64,000 nt of DNA from Candidatus Bathyarchaeia archaeon (GCA_049515895.1 JBEKTQ010000003.1:98594-162593); one strand, 5' to 3'. Numbered from the stretch's first letter, positions 1 to 10,645 are shown. The notes: a model not told the origin generated them from the sequence alone. Numbers and translations are program-made.

Positions 1-2
1 TT

Positions 3-1793
3 TACCCGAACGGCTACACTCTTCTAACAGCTTTTTCAGCTGAGCCATTCCCCAAATATACCTATCGGGCTGGCGCCGTCGAGCTTAGCAAAACAGTGTT
101 TATGCCGAAAGGGAAGAACGTTGTCTCGGTGATCTACAAGGTCGCAAACCACGATGTCAATGAGGGCAAGCTTAGAGTCTACCCAATGTTAAGTTGCCGA
201 CACTTCCACGCCATCATTAACCGAGGATCAAACCCATTGCATTTTGTCCAGAAAAGTACCCGCCAAAAGTCAGAAACTGTCTTCCAGAACCCGGCAGCAA
301 CAATTGTCTGCCACGCGACGGACGGCGAGTTTCATGAAGAAATCAATTGGGTTGATGGTTTGTTCTATCGTGCAGAAGCGGAGAGAGGTGAAACTAGCAG
401 GGATGACTGTTTTCAGCCTGGCTATTTTGATCTGACTCTTCCAGCTGTGGAGGAGAAAGTGTTCGCGGTCAGCGTTTCTGCTGGCGTTGAGGGCCAAACC
501 GCACGAGAACTTTTGGATTCGGTAGGAAAAACAATCAACGAAGTCAACGCATCGTTCAACATGGAACAATCACAGCGAAGAAGTCTCCTCTACGGCTTTT
601 ACGGTTTGCACCCTGACGTCCCATTAACTGATTGGCTAAGCTGGATTCTTTTAGCCGCCGACTCTTTCATAGTCGCCAACGCGACTGGCAAAAAAGCAGT
701 TATCGCTGGATACCATTGGTTTGAGCCATGGGGCAGAGACACCTTTGTTTCGTTGCCCGGCTTATTGCTAATTACTGGTAGATTTAACGCCGCAAAAACT
801 ATTCTGCAATCTTACAACCTGTATTGCAAAGAGGGGATTGTCCCGAACTTCATCGCAGACAAATCAGGTGAACCAGCGTACAACACCGTCGACGGAACGC
901 TATGGTACGTTAACGCAGTCCTGCAGTACCTCAAGTACACTAGCGACTACTCGTTCGTGGAGGCTGAGCTTTGGGAAAACCTGCAGGCAGTAATCAGCAG
1001 ACACGAGCAAGGCACATCCTTTGGCATACGCTTAGATGACGACGGCTTGCTAATGCATGGCCCGAGACTCACGTGGATGGATGCAGAAGTCAATGGCGAA
1101 GCCGTTACGCCTAGGGCTGGGAAAGCCGTTGAAATCCAAGCCTTATGGTACAACGCGTTGTGCACAATGCGTCTGTTGGCGGAGAGGTTCGGAGAGAAAT
1201 CCTTGGACGAAAAGTACAAGGCGATGGCGAACAAGGCAGGCCACGCCTTCAACGAGAAGTTTTGGAACCCAAAGTTAGGTTGCCTTTTTGACGTTTTGGA
1301 ACCTGGCGGTCCTGATGCATCGATTCGTCCTAACCAGATTCTGGGTCTCTCGCTAGAGTACCCGATTCTTGACCAAGCCAGATGGAAAGGAGTTGTTGAC
1401 GTTGTGAACCGAGAACTCGTCACTGTTCACGGCCTTCGAACGCTGTCGCCAAGTGACCCGAAGTTCATCGGGAAATGTCTCGGCGACCGAACCAGCAGGG
1501 ACAGGGCTTACCACAACGGCACAATTTGGCCGTGGTTGCTTGGACCATACATTTCAGCTTACTTGAAAACCCAAAATAACGATGAGAGCTCACATGAACG
1601 CTTACTGCAAAAGCTTGTGTTGCCCTTCTTCACCGTCGGGATCAGAAAAGCAGGGCTCGGAACGGTAGGCGAAATATGCGATTCTGACTTGCCGAACTTG
1701 CCCAGAGGATGCATCTCGCAGGCGTGGAGCATAGCTGAACCGCTTAGAGCCTACGTTGAAGATATACTGCAGGTCAAACCCGTATTTCGCTAG
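3..1793 (+). CDS. Amylo-alpha-1,6-glucosidase / glycogen debranching enzyme (5'-partial)
   Basis: AGYHWFEPWGRDTFVSLPG, TWMDA, RPNQ, YHNGTIWPW and QAWS motifs. The frame stays open upstream of 96 to the window edge (YPNGYTLL...). Confidence 0.9.
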   Translation, partial: YPNGYTLLTAFSAEPFPKYTYRAGAVELSKTVFMPKGKNVVSVIYKVANHDVNEGKLRVYPMLSCRHFHAIINRGSNPLHFVQKSTRQKSETVFQNPAATIVCHATDGEFHEEINWVDGLFYRAEAERGETSRDDCFQPGYFDLTLPAVEEKVFAVSVSAGVEGQTARELLDSVGKTINEVNASFNMEQSQRRSLLYGFYGLHPDVPLTDWLSWILLAADSFIVANATGKKAVIAGYHWFEPWGRDTFVSLPGLLLITGRFNAAKTILQSYNLYCKEGIVPNFIADKSGEPAYNTVDGTLWYVNAVLQYLKYTSDYSFVEAELWENLQAVISRHEQGTSFGIRLDDDGLLMHGPRLTWMDAEVNGEAVTPRAGKAVEIQALWYNALCTMRLLAERFGEKSLDEKYKAMANKAGHAFNEKFWNPKLGCLFDVLEPGGPDASIRPNQILGLSLEYPILDQARWKGVVDVVNRELVTVHGLRTLSPSDPKFIGKCLGDRTSRDRAYHNGTIWPWLLGPYISAYLKTQNNDESSHERLLQKLVLPFFTVGIRKAGLGTVGEICDSDLPNLPRGCISQAWSIAEPLRAYVEDILQVKPVFR

Positions 1794-1948
1794 CCTAACG
1801 TGTTTTTGCAAATTTTTGTTGTTGATTTTATCCCAACCAACTCCTATAAATCATTAATGCTAAATCGCCTTGTTGGACTGTGACTTTGCCAACGCAGCGA
1901 AAACTCGTGACAGGCAAAAAGGGTTGGAAATACGGAATAGGAGGTCAT

Positions 1949-2788
1949 TTAAGTAAGAGGGGCGGACTCAACTGTAACTTTTTTTTCTTTTTGAGTGATG
2001 GTTTTCTGGTTTTGTTGCCAGATTAAGTCAAAGTAGTCTTGAGCTAGATCAACCGCAGCCTTATTGTTAGACCAAAGAGTGGGATATGGGAAAGGCGTAT
2101 CGAACGCAGAAGTGCTTAGCAGCATTTCTTTTCGATCCCAGATGCTGAAACCGACTTTTGGAGCATCGGAAATCAGCCTTAGTTCAAAATTTGGGTATTT
2201 CATTAAGGCTACAATTTGTTCTCCCAGATTCTCGTTCGCCTCAGGCTTTTGCATAATGACTCTGAAATCCACGTTTCGGGCTAGCACCTCTTCCAAAATA
2301 GGTGAGTGATTGGAGATCCAAGCAATCAATCTTCTTTTTAACGCCATAAAACAGATAATATTTTGGACACTTCTGATCATTTTGTCAGCCCTGGCATACA
2401 CGGCACCCCTACTAGGAACAAGAACAAACTCGAATTCTTCGGATGCCTCCTCGTTTTCGGTGATCCGTTTGAAGTTTTGAGTTAATGTGAGCGCTTTCTG
2501 CTGAAGTTCAGCGGTTTTCATAATCCTTCTTTGAATTAGACCTGAAACACATTTTTCAATGGAAATTGCATGGAACTCTTCTGGCGTCGATATCGTTCTC
2601 TCAACAAGTCCAGCTTCCTCCAACTGAACTAGCACTCGGTAAACATCAGGTCTGCATACTCCAGAAACTGAGGATATTTCATGAGCTTTAAGACTACTTG
2701 ATTTCGCAAGTGACAAGTAGACTTTTGCCTGCGAAATACTCAAACCTAGTTCAGATAGCGTGGACACGTATTCGTCGGAAACAATCAC
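1949..2788 (-). CDS. TrmB-family transcriptional regulator
   Basis: LGLSISQAKVYLSL...VYRVLVQLEEAGLV wHTH followed by a PLD-like effector domain (FSIWDRKEMLL...YFDLIW). Confidence 0.85.
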   Translation of the reverse strand: MIVSDEYVSTLSELGLSISQAKVYLSLAKSSSLKAHEISSVSGVCRPDVYRVLVQLEEAGLVERTISTPEEFHAISIEKCVSGLIQRRIMKTAELQQKALTLTQNFKRITENEEASEEFEFVLVPSRGAVYARADKMIRSVQNIICFMALKRRLIAWISNHSPILEEVLARNVDFRVIMQKPEANENLGEQIVALMKYPNFELRLISDAPKVGFSIWDRKEMLLSTSAFDTPFPYPTLWSNNKAAVDLAQDYFDLIWQQNQKTITQKEKKVTVESAPLT

Positions 2789-2949
2789 TTTGATTCCTCC
2801 AAAGTGGCACGGTCCAGATATGATGCGTTTTGTTCATAAGCTTTTGGTGTAAGTGCACCTTCCACCTACAAGCTGTTAAATCTAAAATGAATCATATACC
2901 ATGAACCACACAGCAACGTGTGTTAAAACTAAGGAAAGGAAAAAACAAA

Positions 2950-5900
2950 ATGAAAAAAATAAATAAAATTGCAGCTTTCGTAATTGCAATATTCTTTACA
3001 CTTTCAATGATAGTCTCAATAACAACAGCACCAAATGCTAACGCACATACTCCGCCATGGAACATTCCAACCTATGCGTACATCTATGCGCTTCCGAACC
3101 CGATCGGCGTCGGTCAAACCATACAGGTTTACATGTGGCTTGACCCAGTTTACGGCGCCTCAGGTGGATCAGCAGCATCAGTAGGCACAAACGGAATGAC
3201 AGCAAGCGCAGCCCTCATGTCAAACACCTACCGATTCCAAAACTACCATCTCACCATCACAGACCCGGGAGGACACGTAACCACACAAACCTTCCCAATA
3301 ATCCAAGACTCAACAAGCAGCCAAGAATACGCATTCACCGCCACCGAAGTGGGAACATACTCCTTCAACTTCTCCTATCCAGGACAAGTCTACGGAGCAA
3401 ACGGCAACGGCTACTCAGGCTCAGTAATGATCAACGATACCTACCTGCCAAGCAATGTTGCATCAACCACACTGACTGTACTCTCATCCCCAATAGCGCT
3501 ACCGTCCCTCAGTTCACCGCTCCCTAACGCTTACTGGGAAAGCCCGATCTACGGCGAAAACAGCAACTGGTTCTCAATCACCTCCAACTGGCTCGGGTCA
3601 GGTTCACCTGTGCCCGCACACTACACAAGCTCAACTCTGTTCCACGGCGACGGCGTCGGACCATTAACATCCCACTTAATGTGGACAACTTCAATGCAGT
3701 TCGGCGGAGTCGTAGGAGGCAACTCGTTCACGAGCGGCGGTTCATACCCAGGCAGCGGTCAAGGAATCCAGTACTATGAAGGCTCAAGCTACCAGCCAAG
3801 ATTCAGCAACCCAATCGTCATCGACGGCTACCTATTCTACACTATACCAATATCCTTCACTGGGCCAAACAGCGGCGCAACAACCTGCGTCAGCCTATTC
3901 AACGGACAAACTCTCTGGTCCAATCCAGCAATGCCACCAATCTCCTTCGGCTATATCTACAACCTATGGGACCCAGACCAACACGGAACAATGCCGCCAG
4001 ACCTAGTCTGCGCCATCGGCGGAGGACTCACAGGTCTACCATCTATGTGGGAAGTATTCGATGCATACACTGGAATTCCAATGTTCAACGTAAGCTACGT
4101 CCCAGGCTTTGCACCACAAACAAATCAAATGATGAGCGGCCAAGTAGCTCAAGCACTCACCTACGGACAATCCATCGGTCCCAGCGGAGAAGTCCTAAGA
4201 GACGTCTTCATGAACATCGGAACCTCAGCGAGTCCACAATGGTACATGGCTGAATGGAACATGTCAAAACTATGGTCCTACGACATTAACCCATTCACGG
4301 GCGGAGGCAGCTATTCACCCTCAATCCTGAACGGAACCAATGTCATGGTACAAACCTTGCCTATTCCAATAACAGGAGTAACCGGAACAACCCCGTCCAC
4401 GTCCGGCACGATAGCCGGAAGCCAATTCATCCCATACGGCACACGATTAACAGTCTTCGGAAACATCACCAACGCACAAGGCTTAGCGCTATCCCAAGCA
4501 AACCCATTAGGCAGATACGACTGGAACGTCTCCGTCCCGTGGCTTAACAGTCTGATACCGCAGTCAACCATGAGCACCGTCACAGGCAACCCCGTGGCCG
4601 GAGTCACGCAGGGCAAAACCGACGGCGTCTTCGCAGCAGGCGGAACATGCCCAATCGCAGTGCAGGGAACAGACTACGGCAACATGATGGTTGTCAGATA
4701 CGGAGGTCTACCGACAGGCTACAAGGGAAGCAGCACAGGCTACCCGCAGCTACCATACACACTGTACGCAATCAACCTGAACTCCTCAAAAGGCGCAATA
4801 GGCTCACTACTGTGGCAAAAGACCTACCAGCCGCCAGCAGGCAACCTCACCATCCAATGGAGCGGAATCGACTGGCAAACAAATACCTTCGTCCTGAACT
4901 ACGAAGAAACCATGCAATGGGTCGGCTACAGCCTCAACGACGGCAGCTTCCTATGGGGTCCAACTGCATCTCAACCACCACTAGACTACTACGGAGTCGG
5001 CAACACCATGCTAAGCACACTCGCATACGGCAACCTCTACACCAGCCAAATGGCCGGCATCTGCTTCTGCTACAGCGACACCACCGGCAAACTGCTCTGG
5101 ACGTACGGCAACGGAGAACCAGGCTCAGATAACAGCACCTACGCAGGCTTACAGACACCCTACGGCGACTATCCAACAGCCGTCCAGTCAATCGCCGGCG
5201 GAGTAGTGTACATAGCCACCGACGAACACACCATCCTCAACCCAATCTACAAGGGAGCAACAGCAGCAGCACTCAACGCAACCACCGGCAAACTCCTATG
5301 GCAACTATCTGACTACCCAAGCGAATGGTCAACTCCAGGCTCAGAATGGACGGTCGCAAACGGATTCGCCACCTTCATGAACGGCTACAACAACGAAATC
5401 TACAGCGTCGGCAGAGGCCCCAGCGCAACAACAGTCTCAGTTGCAGCAAGCGGTACAAGACTAGGAGATAACCTAGTCATCAGCGGCACAGTGATGGATG
5501 TTTCCGCAGGCACAAAACAAGACGAGCAGGCATCTGACTTCCCCAACGGCGTTCCATGCGCAGCAGACTCAGACATGTACCCATGGATGGGCTACGTTTA
5601 TCAGCAGCAGCCAGCGCCAACCACATGGGCAGGCGTCCCAGTGGTCATATCCGTCATGGACTCTAACGGCAACTACCGACCAATAGGCACGGCAAACACC
5701 AACATGCTAGGGAAATACAGTCTCACTTGGACACCTGACATCCCAGGCAACTACACAGTCTACGCCACCTTCGCTGGAAACAACGGCTACTGGCCATCAT
5801 CCGACACAACAAGCTTCAACATCATGAGTGCTGTACCGACAATGGCACCCACAGCTTCACCTGTCAGCATGGTACCCACCCAAAACACCATTATGATAGG

Positions 5901-5976
5901 CGTTGCGGCAATCATAGTCGTAATAATCGTCGGCATCGCCATAATCTCAATGCTGATCCTAAGAAAACGACCATAA
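2950..5976 (+). CDS. Large secreted, membrane-anchored PQQ-like beta-propeller surface protein
   Basis: Signal peptide, repeated TGKLLW-type blade motifs, Ig-like C-terminal domain, TM helix ending RKRP. ATG 2950 preferred as start. Confidence 0.75.
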   Translation: MKKINKIAAFVIAIFFTLSMIVSITTAPNANAHTPPWNIPTYAYIYALPNPIGVGQTIQVYMWLDPVYGASGGSAASVGTNGMTASAALMSNTYRFQNYHLTITDPGGHVTTQTFPIIQDSTSSQEYAFTATEVGTYSFNFSYPGQVYGANGNGYSGSVMINDTYLPSNVASTTLTVLSSPIALPSLSSPLPNAYWESPIYGENSNWFSITSNWLGSGSPVPAHYTSSTLFHGDGVGPLTSHLMWTTSMQFGGVVGGNSFTSGGSYPGSGQGIQYYEGSSYQPRFSNPIVIDGYLFYTIPISFTGPNSGATTCVSLFNGQTLWSNPAMPPISFGYIYNLWDPDQHGTMPPDLVCAIGGGLTGLPSMWEVFDAYTGIPMFNVSYVPGFAPQTNQMMSGQVAQALTYGQSIGPSGEVLRDVFMNIGTSASPQWYMAEWNMSKLWSYDINPFTGGGSYSPSILNGTNVMVQTLPIPITGVTGTTPSTSGTIAGSQFIPYGTRLTVFGNITNAQGLALSQANPLGRYDWNVSVPWLNSLIPQSTMSTVTGNPVAGVTQGKTDGVFAAGGTCPIAVQGTDYGNMMVVRYGGLPTGYKGSSTGYPQLPYTLYAINLNSSKGAIGSLLWQKTYQPPAGNLTIQWSGIDWQTNTFVLNYEETMQWVGYSLNDGSFLWGPTASQPPLDYYGVGNTMLSTLAYGNLYTSQMAGICFCYSDTTGKLLWTYGNGEPGSDNSTYAGLQTPYGDYPTAVQSIAGGVVYIATDEHTILNPIYKGATAAALNATTGKLLWQLSDYPSEWSTPGSEWTVANGFATFMNGYNNEIYSVGRGPSATTVSVAASGTRLGDNLVISGTVMDVSAGTKQDEQASDFPNGVPCAADSDMYPWMGYVYQQQPAPTTWAGVPVVISVMDSNGNYRPIGTANTNMLGKYSLTWTPDIPGNYTVYATFAGNNGYWPSSDTTSFNIMSAVPTMAPTASPVSMVPTQNTIMIGVAAIIVVIIVGIAIISMLILRKRP

Positions 5977-6312
5977 ACCAAAGAAGCTAAACAAATCATC
6001 CCCCCTTTTTCATTGTTCAAAGCATTACAGAAAAGAGGCAAACGGTATTTCTCGCCATGCAAACCCCGGGTTTTCTAATTGTCAAAAACGTATCTGTTTA
6101 TTAAAAGAAATAGAAGATGCCTGACGAATGCACACTTCTTCGTATACTACTACTTCAGCCGCACTAACGGTGATCTAAGCGGACATCGTGCATGCTTGGA
6201 ATAATTTACCGCACCGTAGCAGGCATAGCCGATGCGGCGGTAGTTAATGTTGTTCTTACACTGATAATCAATAGGAGAAAAGGCAGAAGTTCGGAAGAAT
6301 ATTGAACAGACC

Positions 6313-7353
6313 CTAAAACTTTATTGTTTGCCTTAGGGTTTCAGCTGCGGTTTCAGGAGTCACAGTGTTAATGTAGATTCCTGTGGTGATTTCGAAGCCT
6401 GCCCAAATGGACAGTTTAGGATGAACCTCCAAGTGCCAATGGTAATAGGGCTCTGCATCCTTGTTTAGGGCTAAGTGGAACCCGTAGTTGTAAGGCGGAT
6501 CATTTACCAAATCCTTTAGCGCCCTAAGACATGCCTTAAGGGTTTTTGCCAGCGCCGCAACTTCGCTGTCGCTGAGATCAAGGATGTTTGCGGCGTGTTT
6601 TTTCGGAAAAAGCCAGAATTCCATTGGGTGGATGCTTGCGTAAGGAGCAAAAACCACAAAGTCTGAGCTGTCATAAACGAGCCGAGGACCTTTCCTTTCT
6701 TGCTCGATTATGTCGCAGAAAACGCATTTCCCATGTTCCTCGTAGAATTCTTTGCTGGCATCTATCTCTTCCTGAATCATCGGCGGAACCATCGGCGTAG
6801 CAATCACCTGGCTGTGCGCGTGGGAAAGGGAAGCACCTGCCAGCTGCCCATAATTCCTAAAGATCGAAACATACTTCACGTACGGTTTTGCGCTTAATTC
6901 CTTGAGTCGGTCTATGTAGGCGTGGATAAGCAGTTTCAGCTGGGGCAACTGTGCATCCGCCGGGTCTTCATCGTGGTTTGGCGATTCGATTATTACTTCA
7001 TGAGCGCCTATCGCGTTGCCTAAGAATTCGCTCGAAAAGACTTGCTTTGCGTCCTGTGGCTCTCCGGGCGGGCTGAACGCTGGGAAAAGGTTTGGGATAC
7101 AGCGTACAAGCCAGTTCCTTGGGCGTTCACCAGCCAAAGGATCCTTAGTCGTGCGCAAGCCGCCATTGTCTTTCAAGTACAGCATGACGGCTGGCGGCGT
7201 CATTGACTCATTGCCCACGCACATTGGGCAGACGGCGGCTTTGGAATTCTCAGTTTTCTGCTTCGCAAAATCAGTCGGTCGCCGTCCCCGTTCGGTTGCT
7301 ATTACGACCCAACGGTTTAGAAGGTAGTCTTTTCTAAGTTCATTGTACCTCAT
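6313..7353 (-). CDS. galT: Galactose-1-phosphate uridylyltransferase (GalT/HIT family)
   Basis: ELRKD...WVVIATERGRRP, CPMC, GASLSHAHSQ catalytic HxH, AGFE. Confidence 0.85.
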   Translation of the reverse strand: MRYNELRKDYLLNRWVVIATERGRRPTDFAKQKTENSKAAVCPMCVGNESMTPPAVMLYLKDNGGLRTTKDPLAGERPRNWLVRCIPNLFPAFSPPGEPQDAKQVFSSEFLGNAIGAHEVIIESPNHDEDPADAQLPQLKLLIHAYIDRLKELSAKPYVKYVSIFRNYGQLAGASLSHAHSQVIATPMVPPMIQEEIDASKEFYEEHGKCVFCDIIEQERKGPRLVYDSSDFVVFAPYASIHPMEFWLFPKKHAANILDLSDSEVAALAKTLKACLRALKDLVNDPPYNYGFHLALNKDAEPYYHWHLEVHPKLSIWAGFEITTGIYINTVTPETAAETLRQTIKF

Positions 7354-7571
7354 TTAAAGCACTCTGACAAACAAAGGTGGTGAAGCATTTTACCATGACA
7401 AGATTCTTGGTGTTGAAACTTATTTCCATTATTAGGATAACTTGTCATTAATGCCAGTCCTTTTGTTCTTTCCTAACTATGCTTCTCAGAATAAATCTTT
7501 TACTGAGTACATTTTAACTTTACAGTTTGCACCTTTGCTTTTTGTTAATATTTCTCGGGTTTAAAGTGTAA

Positions 7572-7608
7572 ATGCGAAGGTAAAAGCATATATCTGTTAA
7601 CTTCGCAT
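7572..7608 (+). promoter_or_regulatory. nadA promoter with an inverted repeat (ATGCGAAG-N21-CTTCGCAT) around the BRE/TATA
   Basis: Perfect 8-bp inverted repeat enclosing AAAAGCATATAT, ending 36 nt upstream of the nadA ATG. Confidence 0.45.
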
Positions 7609-7644
7609 GTTATTTTTCAACTTCAACGTGCAACTGGCGAAAAA

Positions 7645-8550
7645 ATGGATTTATCCGAAAAAATCCTGAGGCTAAAAAAGGAAAAGAAAGCCATTATTTT
7701 GGCTCATAATTACCAAAGGCCAGAAATCCAAGATATGGCTGACTACATCGGCGACAGCATTGAACTCAGCCGCAAAGCCGCGGAGGAAAAAGACGCTGAA
7801 ATGATTGTTTTCTCAGCTGTAGATTTCATGGCTGAATCCGCCGCTATCCTGAATCCCGGCAAGAAGGTCCTTTTGCCATGCCTAGGCGCTCGTTGCCCCA
7901 TGGCGCAGATGCTTACGGTTGACGAGATAAAACGCGCTAAAAAGCTGTATCCTAATGCTCCTGTGGTGCTGTACGTTAACACTTTGGCTGTTTGTAAAGC
8001 TCAATGCGACGTCTGCTGCACCAGTGCCAACGCGGTGGAAGTCATAAAGTCGCTCGACGCAGAAACTATACTTTTCGGCCCAGACAAAAACCTCGCCGAA
8101 TACGTCTCCGAAAAAACAGGTAAAACGCTGATTCCGCTTCCAGAAAACGGTTTCTGCCCAACCCACCTGCTATTCCAACCTGAAGATGTCAAAGTCCTAA
8201 GAATGGAGCATCCACATGCAACAGTCATGGTTCACCCAGAATGTAGCTCTGAAATGCGCAAATGTGCAGATTACGTTGGCAGCACCTCAAAGATGTGCCG
8301 TTACGCCAAAGAATCCAGCGCCACGGACTTTATTGTAGGTACCGAAGAAGGCATCCTGCACCGCCTGCGTAACGAAAACCCTGAGAAGAACTTTTTCTTG
8401 GCTTATGAGGGCGCTATCTGCCCGAACATGAAGCTTACGACGCTTGAACGGCTCTACTCATCGCTGAAAGAAGAGAAGAACGTGGTTAAGGTTCCTGAGG
8501 CAGTGGCTAAGAAAGCGCGCGGGTCTTTGGAGCGCATGTTTGCGGTTTAG
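7645..8550 (+). CDS. nadA: Quinolinate synthase
   Basis: ILAHNYQRPEIQD, DFMAE, CPMA, YVNT, CPTH, HPEC, GSTS, CPNMK. Confidence 0.97.
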   Translation: MDLSEKILRLKKEKKAIILAHNYQRPEIQDMADYIGDSIELSRKAAEEKDAEMIVFSAVDFMAESAAILNPGKKVLLPCLGARCPMAQMLTVDEIKRAKKLYPNAPVVLYVNTLAVCKAQCDVCCTSANAVEVIKSLDAETILFGPDKNLAEYVSEKTGKTLIPLPENGFCPTHLLFQPEDVKVLRMEHPHATVMVHPECSSEMRKCADYVGSTSKMCRYAKESSATDFIVGTEEGILHRLRNENPEKNFFLAYEGAICPNMKLTTLERLYSSLKEEKNVVKVPEAVAKKARGSLERMFAV

Positions 8551-8954
8551 ATTGTTACGATTGTTGTCTTGAGGATCTTTACTCCTCTTCTTGTGGTTAA
8601 TTCGTCACTTAATTGGCGGATTTCTGAGGCTTTGCCCTTCACCGCGATGGCTTCTAGGCAGTCTGTTTCGCTGATGTGAATGTGCAGAGTTGAAGTGATT
8701 ATTGATGAGTGTTCATGCTGGGTTTCGGTTAGGTCAGTTTCTAATCCTTTCGCATCATGATTGTAGACCATCAGAATTATCCCTGTTTGTTGGGTGTTTT
8801 CTTCTTTGATCCATTTACGCTCAGAAACATACAGTCTTACAATGTCTTGTAAGGCTTTGCTGCGGCTTTGGTAGCCCATTCGGGTTATTATTTCGTCGAA
8901 TTCTTTGAGGAGTTCAGGCGGGAAAGTTGCGCCTATGCGTGTTACTTTAGACAT
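8547..8954 (-). CDS. nikR: Nickel-responsive regulator NikR
   Basis: RHH N-terminus (RIGATF...SRSKALQD), QH..., TLHIHIS..CLE nickel ligands. Confidence 0.92.
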   Translation of the reverse strand: MSKVTRIGATFPPELLKEFDEIITRMGYQSRSKALQDIVRLYVSERKWIKEENTQQTGIILMVYNHDAKGLETDLTETQHEHSSIITSTLHIHISETDCLEAIAVKGKASEIRQLSDELTTRRGVKILKTTIVTI

Positions 8955-9007
8955 AGTGGTCGCATATTGATTGTTGGTGCCCTACACCTAAAAGCCTTTA
9001 TACATGG

Positions 9008-9037
9008 AGTAACACGAATTTGGTGGAAAGTGTTACT
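9008..9037 (+). promoter_or_regulatory. Putative NikR operator AGTAACAC-N14-GTGTTACT
   Basis: Perfect palindrome with the NikR 6-16-6 geometry (GTAACA-N16-TGTTAC), lying between TATA TTTATA (8997-9002) and the transporter RBS. Confidence 0.75.
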
Positions 9038-9049
9038 GAAGGAGAGGCT

Positions 9050-10102
9050 TTGACCAAACAATCTACCCCGCAAAATCTCACAGGCAACGAAAAGGCTAAA
9101 ATAGCCATAATCTTCGCTGCCCTAATTGCCATCACCGCCTTTGGCTTCTCCGCAGCTTTTGTCATCGGAAAAATTGCCGTTGTCCTCGCCGGGCTGGGAA
9201 TCGTGGCTTACGTTTTCGGTTTACGTCACGGTGTAGACGCTGACCACATAGCAGCTATCGACAACACGACAAGAAAGCTGATGCAGGAAGGTAAACGCCC
9301 ATTTACCGTCGGCATGTGGTTTTCACTGGGGCACTCCACTGTTGTTGTGGCCCTCATCGTCGGGTTGGTCGTGGCGACGCGGGCTGTCGCAGCCAACATA
9401 GCTGCACTGCAAAGCACCGGCGCGGTAGTCGGCACGCTCGTTTCAGGAAGTTTTCTGTGGATAATCGGCTTCATCAACGCGGTCATCGTAATAGGCATCT
9501 ACAAGATTTTCCAAACCCTAAAGCAGGGGAAGCTGAACCAGCAGGAACTCGACAATTTGTTGGAGAACCGAGGGTTCATGAACCGCTTTTTCCGCCCGCT
9601 CTTCAAAGTCATTAGTAAACCCTGGCAAATCTTTCCCGTCGGCGTGCTTTTCGGTTTAGGATTTGACACTGCAAGCGAGGTTGCCCTCATCGCCATCAGC
9701 GTAGGAATCGGAGTTTCCACAAGCATACCGCTCTACTATATACTGATTCTTCCATTGCTCTTCACTTGCGGTATGGTAACGGTCGACACGTCCGACGGCG
9801 TTGCAATGCGCCTCGCTTACGGGTGGGCTTTCCTAAACCCCATACGGAAAATTTACTACAACCTCACCGTCACAGTCATATCCGTGCTTGTCGCATGGGC
9901 AATCGGCACAGTGGAGCTTCTGCAGGTGCTTTCAAGCGAACTTAATCTTAACGGCGCTTTCTGGAGCTGGCTAAACGCTTTGAACTTCGAAATGATTGGG
10001 TTCGGGATAATCGGCATCTTCGTGTTCTCCTGGCTTCTATCCTTCGGGTACTGGCGATACAAGAAATACGATAAATTCGTCTCGCTTCCTCAGATACAAT
10101 AA
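9050..10102 (+). CDS. HoxN/HupN/NixA (NiCoT) nickel/cobalt transporter
   Basis: GLRHGVDADHIAAID, FSLGHS, LGFDTASE signatures. TTG 9050 after a GGAG RBS preferred as start. Confidence 0.93.
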   Translation: MTKQSTPQNLTGNEKAKIAIIFAALIAITAFGFSAAFVIGKIAVVLAGLGIVAYVFGLRHGVDADHIAAIDNTTRKLMQEGKRPFTVGMWFSLGHSTVVVALIVGLVVATRAVAANIAALQSTGAVVGTLVSGSFLWIIGFINAVIVIGIYKIFQTLKQGKLNQQELDNLLENRGFMNRFFRPLFKVISKPWQIFPVGVLFGLGFDTASEVALIAISVGIGVSTSIPLYYILILPLLFTCGMVTVDTSDGVAMRLAYGWAFLNPIRKIYYNLTVTVISVLVAWAIGTVELLQVLSSELNLNGAFWSWLNALNFEMIGFGIIGIFVFSWLLSFGYWRYKKYDKFVSLPQIQ

Positions 10103-10222
10103 TCATCTTGGCACTTGTAGTAGCAATGGATTTCGACTTTCGTTTTTGAAAACTTTGATTCAGGTAAACAAAAAATTGATTAATGGGAAGTGCTTTTGTC
10201 ATAGCGTTAAGGTGAAAATTGA

Positions 10223-10645
10223 ATGGCAAGCAATGTCGTGGTTAGAGACATTATGTCTAAAGATGTTAAAACCGTGCGCAACGATACCACTGTTAAAGAA
10301 GTTATTGCGTTGATGAACAAATACGACAAAGACGCAATCCTTGTTGAACAAAGTGGAAAGCCGACTGGAATCATCACTGTAAAAGACGTTTTGGTCAGAG
10401 CAGTTGAACATGGCGTACCTCTGAACACAATCATAGCAAGAATGGTTTACACAAACCCTCTAGTGACAATCGACGAAAACGCAACTGTTGAAGAAGCAGC
10501 GAACCTGATGAAAGAATGGCGAATCAAGCATTTACCGATCGTTGACAAAAATGGCGCACTCGTTGGCATGGTAAACGACAGGGACGTAATTTACGCGGTT
10601 CCCGCTTTGATGTCTACGATGGAAGAGTTCTGTCGAACAAAGTAA
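10223..10645 (+). CDS. CBS-domain pair protein
   Basis: VRDIMSKDV...GIITVKD...HLPIVD...GMV. Confidence 0.88.
   Translation: MASNVVVRDIMSKDVKTVRNDTTVKEVIALMNKYDKDAILVEQSGKPTGIITVKDVLVRAVEHGVPLNTIIARMVYTNPLVTIDENATVEEAANLMKEWRIKHLPIVDKNGALVGMVNDRDVIYAVPALMSTMEEFCRTK

Noticed and set aside
6192-6305. 37-aa ORF resembling a C-terminal TM anchor (MLGIIYRTVAGIADAAVVNVVLTLIINRRK...)
   Set aside because: Charged residues interrupt the helix and no RBS is evident. At most a decayed remnant.
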